Of a stretch of 64,000 nt of DNA, positions 39,014 through 50,143 are shown one piece after another. Numbering within the stretch: position 1 is the first letter of the stretch; each line of letters opens with the position of its first letter. The notes beneath the pieces were generated by a model that was not told where the DNA came from, did not search any database, and saw nothing but the letters and a program-made list of their open reading frames with translations. The translations under genes and the position numbers were made by a program. The DNA is from an uncultured Alphaproteobacteria bacterium. Its GTDB lineage: Bacteria > Pseudomonadota > Alphaproteobacteria > Rs-D84. The DNA is taken from positions 29-64,028 of the forward strand of contig CALXMY010000004.1 of NCBI GenBank assembly GCA_944389595.1, written 5' to 3'.

Positions 39014-40826
39014 TTATTCCTGTAAAAATCCGCCAGATTGCATTTTCCACAATCGTGCGTATTCGCCGCGTCTGCGCAGTAATTGGCCATGTGTACCATA
39101 TTCAACAACGTTTCCGTCATTTAACACCACAATTTTATCCATGTTGCGCAATGTTGACAGTCGATGTGCAATGGCCAGCGTCGTACGCCCACGCGCCAAT
39201 TCATCAAATGATTTTTGTATTGCAATTTCTGTTTCACTGTCCAGTGCGGATGTGGCCTCGTCCAATACCAATATTGGCGCATTTTTCAAAAATGCACGCG
39301 CGATGGCAATACGCTGTTTCTGGCCACCAGATAATTTTATGCCCCGATCGCCAACCATGGAATCATATTTCTTTTCCGTTCCCATAATAAAATCATGCGC
39401 GGCCGCACGGCGCGACGCATCATGGATTTGCCGTATTGATGCGCCCGGTTTACCGTATTCAATATTTTCACGAATTGTACGGTTAAACAATGTTGGTTCC
39501 TGGGGAATAAATGCGATACTGCGACGTAATGAATCCTGGGTTACGTTTCTGATATTTTGCCCATCAATTAAAATTTCGCCGCGCGTCGGGTCATAAAAAC
39601 GCATCAGCAAATGCACCAACGTTGACTTGCCCGCGCCCGATGGTCCAACCAAACCGACGCGTACCCGGTTTTATCGTCAAATTAAAATCGCGCAGGACCC
39701 ACTTACGTTTATATTTAAACCATACGTTTTTAAATTCTATTTTCCCGTGCGACACCATTAAATCAGGCGCATTTTCCACATCACGCACAGACAATTCCAC
39801 ATTTAATTCATCGTACGATTTTTTTGCACTGCCCAATTTTTCAACCACATCCGGAATTTGTCCGATAATGCGCGATATCATTCCCATAACGTTAAAGAAT
39901 ACCGACATTGTAAATACTATTTCAGATACCAATATGTTGCCATTGGAAAACAAAATCACGCACAATAACATTGTTATACCAAACGCAATGTCCCATACAA
40001 AATTCGGCAATCCCCAAAACCAGCGTTGAATAAAGAACGAATAAATACGTGTTTTAATTGTTTTTTTACGTGCAGGTTTCAAATATTCGCGTTCGGCATC
40101 CGCGGCGGCAAATAATTTTACAACCGAATAATTTGAAATACTGTCCACAATTTTACCGGCCAGCGAACTGTTTTCTTCGCTGGCGGTTTTGGCAGAATTG
40201 CTCATCGGTTTCATTAATGCCAATCCGTATACCAATCGGAATACAAAAACAATCGCAAAGATTAATGCAACATATGAATTTATTTCCAATATCAATCCAA
40301 CATTTATTAAAATCATTAATATGGAACCAAATATTTCCAAAAAATTCATAATGACACTGAACCCAGTTTGCACATAGTTAATCTGGGAATTTATTTTTCC
40401 AGCCATGCGCCCGGTCCAAAAAGACATGGATTGATGCTGTACAAAATCGTTCAATACATCAGATATTTGATTTGATATTATCGGTTGCCAACGTCCATGC
40501 AGCATGCCACGTAAAATCAAGCATATATCCCACAGTATAAATAACCCCGTGATAAGTAAAATTGTTGGCAATGCAAATTCAACAAAACTTTGGCCCGCCG
40601 GTGGTGTTTGTTCAAACAACGCGATAAACCAACGCTGATAATTCGGGAACAGAACCCCATCCGACATTACGCACATGAATAATATCGCATACCCAATCAT
40701 CAACGGCCAATGACCACGCATTGCGTATTTGAAATAAAACTGCCACAAAGATTTGGGTAATTTTTTATTATAATCGTATGACATAGCGCACCAAATATAC
40801 AAAAAACCAAAAATCCGTTCAAGCAA
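39014..40826 (-). pseudogene. MsbA/ABCB-type ABC exporter (TMD-NBD fusion) interrupted by a frameshift just before the Walker A motif
   Basis: The TMD ORF (39591-40826) reads ...LTIKPGTRRFGWTIGRG. Shifting frame at about 39655-39660 restores ...TIKPGTR(V)GLVGPSGAGKSTLVHLL, which continues into the NBD ORF (LSGGQKQR, ILVLDEATSALD). Confidence 0.75.
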
Positions 40827-40827
40827 T

Positions 40828-42603
40828 TTATTTCACAATTTCGTGAAAAATAGTTGCCGGAATTGTTCCCCCCGTGATTTTGGATGACATTGATGTATTA
40901 TCATCACGCCCCATCCAAACACCAATTATTAAATCATGCCACGCGCCAACAAACCATGCATCACGATTATCATTGCTGGTGCCGGTTTTGCCACCCAACA
41001 CGCCCGGGGCCATTGCGCGGCGCCCCGTACCACCAACCGCAACAACATCCGCCAATAATTCTGTCATATACTCTACTGTTTGTGGCATTAAAACCTGTAA
41101 TGGTTCAGATGGATTACGCTGGTAAATTATGGTTCCATTTGGATCAGTAATTTTTGTAATCGAATATGGCCGTACGGAATAACCATCATTCCAAATCACC
41201 GCATAAATTGTGGTCAAATCCAACAACGATAATTCCGATGCCCCCAACACAGTTGAATATTCACGGCGCAATTTATTCCCCACGCCCAAACGCCCCGCCA
41301 TATTTAACACTGAATCAATTCCATATTCCTGGGTTAATTTTAACGGCACCGAATTCACAGATTTAGCAAACGCAGTGGCCAATGTTATATCACCATAATA
41401 ACGATTATTATAATTTTGGGGCGCATAATCACCAATTGTAAACGGTGAATCATTCACATACATATCGGGTGTCATTCCATTTTCCAATGCCACCAGGTAC
41501 ACCACCGGCTTAAACGAACTGCCGGGTTGGCGCAATGCCAACGCGCGATTAAATTGACTGGCCTGGTAATCGGTTCCGCCAACCATGGCACGCACCGCGC
41601 CATCGGTATTCATTGCCACCACAGCCCCCTGGTTTTCACCAACCTGGGCCGGCAAAACATCGGCAATACGTTCCTGTAAACCCTTGTCCAGTGTGGTATA
41701 CACGTATAAATCAGATTCAAATGTACCAATTGTTGATTTAACCTCGTCCAAAACAAAGTCCGTCCAATAACGATATATATTTGTATCGGGTGCGGGTGTG
41801 GCCGGTGCCAATTCGCGTGCCGCAATGCGTGCCTGATTTAATGTGATATATCCCTGGCGTACCATTTCCTGTAATATTACGCGGGCACGGGCGATGTTTT
41901 TATCCGGGTTTGCCAATGGACTGTATGTGGTGGGGGCCTTTAACATGGCGGCAATTTGTGCAGCCTGGGCAATGGTTAAATTATTTGCCGAACGTTGAAA
42001 CATGACACGTGCCGCCGCATCAATTCCACGCATGCCACCAACCAATGACACCCTGTTCATATATAAATCCAAAACCTGGTTTTTGGTAAAACGATTTTCC
42101 AACCAATATGATAAAATTAATTCCTGGACCTTGCGGGAAATCTTTTTTTCACGTGACAGAAATATGTTTTTTGCGGTTTGTTGGGTAATTGTCGAACCGC
42201 CCGCCGCCAAACGGCCATGTAACAAGTTTGATATCATGGCACGCGCAATCGCGCGAAATTCCACCGGACCATGTTCAAAAAAACGCTTGTCTTCGATTGC
42301 GATAATTGCCTGCCATACGTGTGGCGGCAATGTTTCCACCGATACCGGCACACCCATTATGCGATTTGATGCGCGAATTTCGTTCCCGTTATTGTCCAGA
42401 AAAACAACCGCCGCCGGACGCGTTTCATGTAAAATCGCATCCAATGATGGCATTTGTAAAAAAACGATTACAACATATATGGCAATGGCAACCAATATCA
42501 ACATAAACAAATCAATCGCCCACACAAACAAACGCAGTCCGCGCGATGGGCCTGATTTCTGTTTTTTTGAAACGTTGGTGCGTGTATTATCTTTGCCGAA
42601 CAC
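40828..42603 (-). CDS. Class A penicillin-binding protein (GT51 transglycosylase plus transpeptidase), short form
   Basis: GTG start at 42603 is preceded by aagggga. AIIAIEDKRFFEHGPVEF (GT51), GSSFKP (SxxK) and KTGTS motifs. Confidence 0.88.
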   Translation of the reverse strand: MFGKDNTRTNVSKKQKSGPSRGLRLFVWAIDLFMLILVAIAIYVVIVFLQMPSLDAILHETRPAAVVFLDNNGNEIRASNRIMGVPVSVETLPPHVWQAIIAIEDKRFFEHGPVEFRAIARAMISNLLHGRLAAGGSTITQQTAKNIFLSREKKISRKVQELILSYWLENRFTKNQVLDLYMNRVSLVGGMRGIDAAARVMFQRSANNLTIAQAAQIAAMLKAPTTYSPLANPDKNIARARVILQEMVRQGYITLNQARIAARELAPATPAPDTNIYRYWTDFVLDEVKSTIGTFESDLYVYTTLDKGLQERIADVLPAQVGENQGAVVAMNTDGAVRAMVGGTDYQASQFNRALALRQPGSSFKPVVYLVALENGMTPDMYVNDSPFTIGDYAPQNYNNRYYGDITLATAFAKSVNSVPLKLTQEYGIDSVLNMAGRLGVGNKLRREYSTVLGASELSLLDLTTIYAVIWNDGYSVRPYSITKITDPNGTIIYQRNPSEPLQVLMPQTVEYMTELLADVVAVGGTGRRAMAPGVLGGKTGTSNDNRDAWFVGAWHDLIIGVWMGRDDNTSMSSKITGGTIPATIFHEIVK

Positions 42604-42713
42604 AATTTCCCCTTGGAATCTTTGATGGAATTATATCACAAACCGCTTGCATTTTTCCATAAATTAAAATTATAATCTCTAAATATTTATGTAAATAAAA
42701 AAGGAAAGGCCGA

Positions 42714-43337
42714 ATGAAACGTTTGTTTTCGATTATTACAATTGTATGTGGCATGGTGACAGTACCGACATTTGCCGACGAATATTCAAATTCTATGGCA
42801 CGTGACAACTATGTTGGTGTGCGCGTACACAAAAACGAAAATATTGCATTCGGTATGGAACCGGAATATGGCGACGTTACAACCGCCCGTGATGACAGTT
42901 TTGGTTTTGGAATAATTGTTGGCAATCGATTAACTGATTTTTTGAAAATTGAATTTGAATCAGAATATACCTATGGCAACGCCCAAAAATACGGCAATGA
43001 TTTAAATTTTGATATATGGGCAAATATGCTGAATGTGTATATCTATAAACAGTTTGGCGGCGCGGTGGAACCATATGCCGGATTGGGTGTTGGTGTGTCC
43101 GGACTGTGGGGTGATGTCAGCGGCACAAATAATATGTCTGATGCCACGGCCGATATGTCGTGGTCGGCAATGATTGGTATAAATTTTGCGTTAAATTCAC
43201 GAATTGATTTAAATTTGGGATTAAAATATCAAAACTATGGCGATTTGGAAATGACTGATATCGCCGGCAATCATTATAACACAGAAGTTGACAGCACGGA
43301 ATTTTATATCGGTGCCGCATATAAGTTTGGATTATAA
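42714..43337 (+). CDS. Small outer-membrane beta-barrel protein (OmpA-barrel/Omp25-like family)
   Basis: Signal peptide ...VPTFA, eight-strand-like alternating pattern, and a terminal ...GAAYKFGL. Confidence 0.7.
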   Translation: MKRLFSIITIVCGMVTVPTFADEYSNSMARDNYVGVRVHKNENIAFGMEPEYGDVTTARDDSFGFGIIVGNRLTDFLKIEFESEYTYGNAQKYGNDLNFDIWANMLNVYIYKQFGGAVEPYAGLGVGVSGLWGDVSGTNNMSDATADMSWSAMIGINFALNSRIDLNLGLKYQNYGDLEMTDIAGNHYNTEVDSTEFYIGAAYKFGL

Positions 43338-43346
43338 GCGGTATTT

Positions 43347-45380
<2,034 letters not shown>

Positions 45381-45405
45381 TTAATACAATGGAAATATCA
45401 TTATA

Positions 45406-45678
45406 TTATGCACGCGCACGTTCAGGGGGAAAATATTTCGCAAAATCCGTCCAACTGGTATTTGTGGCGTTCATTATTTTTACCAAACTGCCAACCGACA
45501 TCCAATGTGGCTTGCCATCCGCACCGATACGCTTGCTTTTATTTAACGCGGTTATATCCATTCCACTGATTTGTGCCAATCGCGAACAAGAAATATTATG
45601 CGCTGCGGCCAAATTATCAATTGCCCGCCAAAACATATTATTGGTCAGCATACCCTTCCCCTCCTCCATTTCTGCCAT
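45406..45678 (-). CDS. Small HTH (XRE/phage-repressor-like) DNA-binding protein
   Basis: NISCSRLAQISGMDITALNKSKR looks like a helix-turn-helix. 90 aa. Confidence 0.55.
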   Translation of the reverse strand: MAEMEEGKGMLTNNMFWRAIDNLAAAHNISCSRLAQISGMDITALNKSKRIGADGKPHWMSVGSLVKIMNATNTSWTDFAKYFPPERARA

Positions 45679-45689
45679 TGCTTTTTATC

Positions 45690-45717
45690 GATTGTATTCT
45701 AATTATGATTGTATTCT
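45690..45717. promoter_or_regulatory. Direct repeat gattgtattct x2 (17-bp period) just upstream of the HTH gene; candidate operator
   Basis: Copies at 45690-45700 and 45707-45717, read directly. Confidence 0.35.
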
Positions 45718-45834
45718 TATTAAAAATCAACTAAAATTTACAGGAAAATATTCATAAATAAAAAAATGGAGACGATGCCAACAAATCCTATGGTATACCT
45801 TAGCTTTAGGTTTAAGTATCTTTGCGTAAAACAC

Positions 45835-45864
45835 AAAAAATCCCGTCATATGACGGGATTTTTA
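45835..45864. terminator. Bidirectional terminator downstream of fabI (tcccgtca-ta-tgacggga flanked by A and T runs)
   Basis: Read directly. Confidence 0.8.
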
Positions 45865-45878
45865 TTATCAAAATGATT

Positions 45879-46697
45879 TTACTTATTTTGTTCATCCAAA
45901 CCGTGCAATAAAACCTCTTTCAAATCATTTGGAATCATGCCGGTTGTGGAATATCCGCAATCAACATGGTGCACTTCGCCGGTTACCGCACTGGACAGGT
46001 CACTGAACAGATAAATTGCCGCACCGGACACATCATCCAATGTCATATTGCGACGCAATGGGGTTTGTTCCGCGTTCAGACGCAACATAGATTTCATGCC
46101 CCCTACACCGGACGAGGCCAATGTCATAATCGGGCCTGCACTGATTGCATTGATACGGATTTTATCACGCCCCAGGTCGGATGCCAGATAGCGAACACTG
46201 CTGTCCAATGCCGATTTTGCGACACCCATCACATTATAATTTGGCACTGATTTTTCACCGCCATAATATGTCAGTGTTACAATGCTGCCCCCGTCGGTCA
46301 TCAGTTTTGATGCACGGCGTGTCAAATCAACCAACGAATAAACAGAAACATCCATTGTGTTCTTGAAATTCGCACGTGTTGTGTCGGCATAGCGACCGGT
46401 CAGTTCATTTTTATCTGAAAATGCGATTGCGTGCAGCATTCCGTCCAGTTTGCCCCATTCGCGTTCAATATTATTAAATAAAGAATCCATTTGTTCATCG
46501 TTTTGAACATTGCATTCCTGGACAAATTTGGCCCCGATTGATTCCGCCAACGGACGTACGCGCTTTTCCAAATTTGGCATTGCATATGGCATGGCAATTT
46601 CTGCGCCTTCGTCATGCGCGCGGCGGGCAATAGCCCACGCCATGGACCAATCGTTTGCGACACCAGTAATTAAAATCTTTTTTCCTTTTAATAACAT
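45879..46697 (-). CDS. fabI: Enoyl-[acyl-carrier-protein] reductase (NADH), FabI
   Basis: LLKGKKILITGVANDWSMAWAIA... and a Y..M...K catalytic region typical of FabI. Confidence 0.92.
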   Translation of the reverse strand: MLLKGKKILITGVANDWSMAWAIARRAHDEGAEIAMPYAMPNLEKRVRPLAESIGAKFVQECNVQNDEQMDSLFNNIEREWGKLDGMLHAIAFSDKNELTGRYADTTRANFKNTMDVSVYSLVDLTRRASKLMTDGGSIVTLTYYGGEKSVPNYNVMGVAKSALDSSVRYLASDLGRDKIRINAISAGPIMTLASSGVGGMKSMLRLNAEQTPLRRNMTLDDVSGAAIYLFSDLSSAVTGEVHHVDCGYSTTGMIPNDLKEVLLHGLDEQNK

Positions 46698-46776
46698 TTT
46701 GCTTCCTCTATGTTTTTATTGGACGGGTAAAAATATATCACTAAAAAAGTAAAATCGCAATGAATAAAAAAAATAC

Positions 46777-46805
46777 TTGAAATGAGATTAAAAAGGTTAT
46801 ATGAT
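46777..46805 (+). promoter_or_regulatory. sigma70-like promoter (TTGAAA-N17-TATGAT) 10 nt upstream of the tRNA-Asn fragment
   Basis: Hexamers and spacing counted directly. Confidence 0.5.
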
Positions 46806-46815
46806 ATGCGAGCAT

Positions 46816-46853
46816 TCGGGCATAGTTCAGTCGGTAGAACAACGGACTGTTAA
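46816..46853 (+). pseudogene. 5' half of tRNA-Asn (GTT): acceptor 5' strand, D-arm, anticodon stem 5' strand and loop CTGTTAA, truncated right after the anticodon loop
   Basis: TCGGGCATAGTTCAGTCGGTAGAACAACGGACTGTTAA closely parallels E. coli tRNA-Asn positions 1-38. The next bases (gcatcagag...) cannot pair with ACGGA. No T-arm or CCA appears in the following ~300 nt. Confidence 0.8.
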
Positions 46854-46888
46854 GCATCAGAGCAAGCCCAACAGCAAATTCGAGTTTT

Positions 46889-46910
46889 GCCCAGATTTCT
46901 GGGTTTTTTT
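46889..46910 (+). terminator. Terminator-like hairpin (cccag-attt-ctggg) plus T7, about 40 nt after the tRNA-Asn break
   Basis: Read directly. Confidence 0.5.
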
Positions 46911-46960
46911 GTTGCTTTTTTTTCAGTTCTGACGACTTAACACATTACGCTTAAAACCTG

Positions 46961-47092
46961 TTAAAACCTGTATGGATACCGTTTGAAAAACATACATTTT
47001 CATACCGCAAACCGATTTGAACCAAATTTTGTGTTCCACGATTTCAATACTGATTTCTAGTTGATTTCAATGATGATTTCAATGCTGATTTT
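46961..47092. repeat. Short direct-repeat cluster: ttaaaacctg x2 in tandem (46961-46980) and five GATTT(C/T) boxes at 11-12-bp spacing (47040-47092), three of them as GATTTCAAT
   Basis: GATTTC at 47040, 47052, 47063 and 47075, and GATTTT at 47087, read directly. Confidence 0.8.
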
Positions 47093-47100
47093 TTACATCA

Positions 47101-47129
47101 AAAAACCGCCCGTTTGGGCGGTGGTTTTA
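47101..47129 (-). terminator. Intrinsic terminator of the 48.5-to-47.16 kb minus-strand operon (accgccc-aaac-gggcggt plus T6 on the minus strand)
   Basis: Read directly. Confidence 0.8.
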
Positions 47130-47158
47130 TATTGTCTTTGGCCTGGTCTGCATCAAAT

Positions 47159-47305
47159 TTATTCTGAAAGGATTTCTATTGCCGCATTTATCCATGCTTT
47201 ATAGATATGTTGACCAACAGATTTTTCTTCCTTGGTTTCAGGTTCCATTACACTAAATCTTACTGTCTTATCAGCAGCTATAATATCTAAATCATATTGT
47301 TTCAT
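47159..47305 (-). CDS. Small hypothetical protein (48 aa), last gene of the three-gene module
   Basis: Hand translation gives MKQYDLDIIAADKTVRFSVMEPETKEEKSVGQHIYKAWINAAIEILSE*. The ATG is preceded by ggagtagcag and lies 3 nt after the upstream stop. It is below the ORF-track cutoff. Confidence 0.5.
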   Translation of the reverse strand: MKQYDLDIIAADKTVRFSVMEPETKEEKSVGQHIYKAWINAAIEILSE

Positions 47306-47308
47306 CTG

Positions 47309-47989
47309 CTACTCCTTTATTGCGTTCTGCACAACATCCAGAAATCGAACCATTGCGATGGTGTCTTGGCCACAGTATTCATGCAGGTTATGCATCATTT
47401 CTTCGGTTTGTGCCGGTGTCTGCTTGCCAATCATAAAGTTCATGAACTGATCGCTGGCCTCGGTTCCGTTGTGGATCCCCAGATTCTCGTACGACATTTC
47501 TGGCACAAAGGCTGGCAGTGTCTGTTTAATTGATGCGCTGCCGTTCTGGCACGGGCGATACAGGCCACGTTCACGGAATGGGGTCAGCAAGTCCAGCATG
47601 CGGTCATTTATCGCCAGCAATTGGTCTGCATATTCTGGGTTCAGGGTCAGTATGTAGCAATCACGTATTTTGACACCACATTGTGTGAATACATATTTCT
47701 GGAATGAAGCATCAAGATAGTGGTATTCGTGTGGGCTTGTGGTTGACTTAACCTCTATGATGTCCCATGTGCCATCATTATTATTACGAAGAATGTCCAC
47801 CGCACAGTATTCGCCTGTCTTGGTGGACAATGTTGCCTCATAGATATATGGGTCATCAGCCTTTATGGCATCTTGGGTCTGCCATGCTGCCTCATATTCC
47901 CATGGTTTAGCTGTGATGTATCTGCCACCTGGGAACTTATCCTGAGCTAGTCTACCGATTTCAATTACTTGCCTTGCTAGATAATGCAT
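47309..47989 (-). CDS. PD-(D/E)xK nuclease-fold protein resembling the DUF2779 family (Cas4/RecB-like core), apparently shortened
   Basis: ...IYEATLS...YCAVDILRNNNDGTWDIIEVKSTT...YHYLDASFQKYV... gives the D...(D/E)xK pattern. The C-terminal ...EYCGQDTIAMVRF resembles the tail of DUF2779 proteins as I remember them. Confidence 0.55.
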   Translation of the reverse strand: MHYLARQVIEIGRLAQDKFPGGRYITAKPWEYEAAWQTQDAIKADDPYIYEATLSTKTGEYCAVDILRNNNDGTWDIIEVKSTTSPHEYHYLDASFQKYVFTQCGVKIRDCYILTLNPEYADQLLAINDRMLDLLTPFRERGLYRPCQNGSASIKQTLPAFVPEMSYENLGIHNGTEASDQFMNFMIGKQTPAQTEEMMHNLHEYCGQDTIAMVRFLDVVQNAIKE

Positions 47990-48399
47990 GTAAAGTCGCT
48001 GGTCGCTATTTGAAAATCGCTTTCTTTGTGTATCTTGTTTCTGTCCTCAAAGTCCTTGATACATTCCAGGAAGAACACAATGTCTGCAAACACGATACTG
48101 ATGTCTGGTGCATCTGGGATTTTTTTCTTGTGGCTATTTATGGTTTGGGGGATGGTGGGGTGACGAAAAAGTCGATATATTTCTTTCTGATCGAGATGGT
48201 GGTGTAAAGGTATTTGACCGCTAGGTCGTTCTTTTTCAGGCCAGTTGCTGTCTAGTGCGATTTCCAGCGCAACTGGCCTAATACAGCAACCTATCTGTCC
48301 TGTTTCTGCCAGCATTTCTATAACGCCGATTCCACAGTGCCATCGCTCGGCCAGCTCTTCCACGTCCAGAAAGACATGCGGAATATCAATCTCTATCAT
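47977..48399 (-). CDS. Hypothetical protein, first gene of the module (start uncertain; longest ORF runs to 48546)
   Basis: MIEIDIPHVFLDVEELAERWHCGIGVIEMLAETGQI... may be HTH-like. It overlaps the nuclease gene by 13 nt. Confidence 0.45.
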   Translation of the reverse strand: MIEIDIPHVFLDVEELAERWHCGIGVIEMLAETGQIGCCIRPVALEIALDSNWPEKERPSGQIPLHHHLDQKEIYRLFRHPTIPQTINSHKKKIPDAPDISIVFADIVFFLECIKDFEDRNKIHKESDFQIATSDFTCII

Positions 48400-48603
48400 C
48401 TTGCCCTCACAATGCATAGAATAGCAAAAAAGGAGTCGCCAAACGGCTAACTCCTTTCCTAATTCATGATTTGATTTTACAACATGTTTTTTGGATTTCA
48501 ACAGGAAAGTAATCTTAGCGAATAGTGTTTTGTATTGATTATTCACAATATTTTATTGATTCTCATCTTTTTTGTTCTAAGATAAAAAGAAAAAGGCCAT
48601 CTT

Positions 48604-49389
48604 ATGCAACAAATGCAAGAATTCAGTATTCATACTCATACAAAAATTGGTGATGGATATGATACTGTAGAAGATATGATATTAGAAGCAAAAAGATCAG
48701 GGTTAAAAACCCTGGGCATTTCCGACCATTTCTGGGCGGTTAGTTACGATCTGCCAAATTATGTTAAAGCCATTAGAGCCGCACAAGATAAGCTACAGTT
48801 TGATGTTCTTATTGGGTTAGAGATTGACAACCCGTCTGACGATCGGCTTGAAATGCTTTATAAAATAAAAAAAGAATATGGTTTTGACTACTTTATAGGT
48901 TCTCTACACGATGTACCTTATAATGGAAAAAAATATTATGTTGGCAGTAAGGAAGACAAAAATATTCTACAAAGCCAGACTTACCAACAGACATATTGGC
49001 AGACCTTGCCAAATCTGGCTAACGATCTATTTGATATCATAGCGCATATGGATCTGATAAAGCTGACAGGTGTAAAAACAGAAGCTTTGTATGAGGCCGA
49101 CATTGATAAGGCCTTAAAAGCCTTTAAGGCGAACAATCAAATTATTGAAATAAATACAAAACATCATCAAATAGAAAATGAGCCATCAGATACAATATTA
49201 GCTAAAGTAGCCAAAGCTGACATTCCTGTTATTTTTAGTAGTGATGCGCACATAAAACACCAACTTATACAGCATTTTGCTGAAGAACAGAGACGTTTAG
49301 CTGAGCCATTGGCTAAGATGCGTTATATTTCTAAGTCTGACGAATTAAGGCAATTTTTGCAATCAAGACACGGTCCTCGTACAAAATAG
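48604..49389 (+). CDS. PHP-domain phosphoesterase (HisJ/histidinol-phosphatase-like family)
   Basis: SIHTHTKIGDG...LGISDHF... shows N-terminal PHP His motifs. 261 aa. Confidence 0.7.
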   Translation: MQQMQEFSIHTHTKIGDGYDTVEDMILEAKRSGLKTLGISDHFWAVSYDLPNYVKAIRAAQDKLQFDVLIGLEIDNPSDDRLEMLYKIKKEYGFDYFIGSLHDVPYNGKKYYVGSKEDKNILQSQTYQQTYWQTLPNLANDLFDIIAHMDLIKLTGVKTEALYEADIDKALKAFKANNQIIEINTKHHQIENEPSDTILAKVAKADIPVIFSSDAHIKHQLIQHFAEEQRRLAEPLAKMRYISKSDELRQFLQSRHGPRTK

Positions 49390-49412
49390 CAAGTAACCGA
49401 AAGGCTAGAAAT

Positions 49413-50132
49413 ATGGGATTTAAAAAAAATATTGTAAATATTTTATGTTCATGCATTCCGTCAAAATCATTTTCTTCCACTGTCAGACAAGCTTTGTTAG
49501 CGACTAAGTTTCTTAATAACGGCAAAAACAATATAGTTGTGATTGTAAAAAAAGACGGTTCAAGAAAGGAACTGAGAAGAAATCTGTTAAATACAAACAT
49601 ACGATTTCTTGGAGATGATAATTATATTGAAATTCATGAACCAATGGCAGAAAACTTTAATTTTTCTTGCAAACTAAATTCTCAAACCACAATTATTATC
49701 GGCGAAAAATTTAACGGTGGTCTTAATATATATTCTGATAGCCCAACACACCCTAACAAAGCAGTATTTGGGAAGGGGATTGTTGTTACAAGGACATTAG
49801 TTATTGATTTTGCCCGTGGAAATGGCAATGTAGAAATTGGTGATAAGTGTTTGTTTTCCTGGGGCGATGAAATTCGTACAGGCGATCATCATGTAATATA
49901 CAAAAAAGGGACAAAAAAAGTATTAAACCCCAATCAAAACGTTAAGCTTGGTAGCCATGTTTGGGTTGGATCGAATGCGTTGATTCTAAAAGGTTGTAAT
50001 ATCGCTGACAATGTGATAATTGGCGCAAATTCGGTTATCACAAAATCTTTTTTGGAACCAAACATAGTCATTGCAGGCAGCCCCGCAAGAATTGTAAGAA
50101 AGGGTGTAGATTGGGGCTATGATGCGCCGTAA
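49413..50132 (+). CDS. Left-handed beta-helix (hexapeptide-repeat) acyl/acetyltransferase
   Basis: VWVGSNALILKGCNIADNVIIGANSVITKSF shows hexapeptide periodicity. Confidence 0.7.
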   Translation: MGFKKNIVNILCSCIPSKSFSSTVRQALLATKFLNNGKNNIVVIVKKDGSRKELRRNLLNTNIRFLGDDNYIEIHEPMAENFNFSCKLNSQTTIIIGEKFNGGLNIYSDSPTHPNKAVFGKGIVVTRTLVIDFARGNGNVEIGDKCLFSWGDEIRTGDHHVIYKKGTKKVLNPNQNVKLGSHVWVGSNALILKGCNIADNVIIGANSVITKSFLEPNIVIAGSPARIVRKGVDWGYDAP

Positions 50133-50143
50133 CCCATATTCGC

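Noticed and set aside
46816-47160. tRNA-Asn interrupted by a group I intron, or a split/permuted tRNA or two-piece tmRNA
   Set aside because: No sequence able to pair with the ACGGA anticodon-stem strand, no GGTTCGA-type T-arm, and no complementary acceptor strand or CCA appear in the next ~300 nt. The following DNA is AT-rich with a terminator and simple repeats, unlike a structured intron.
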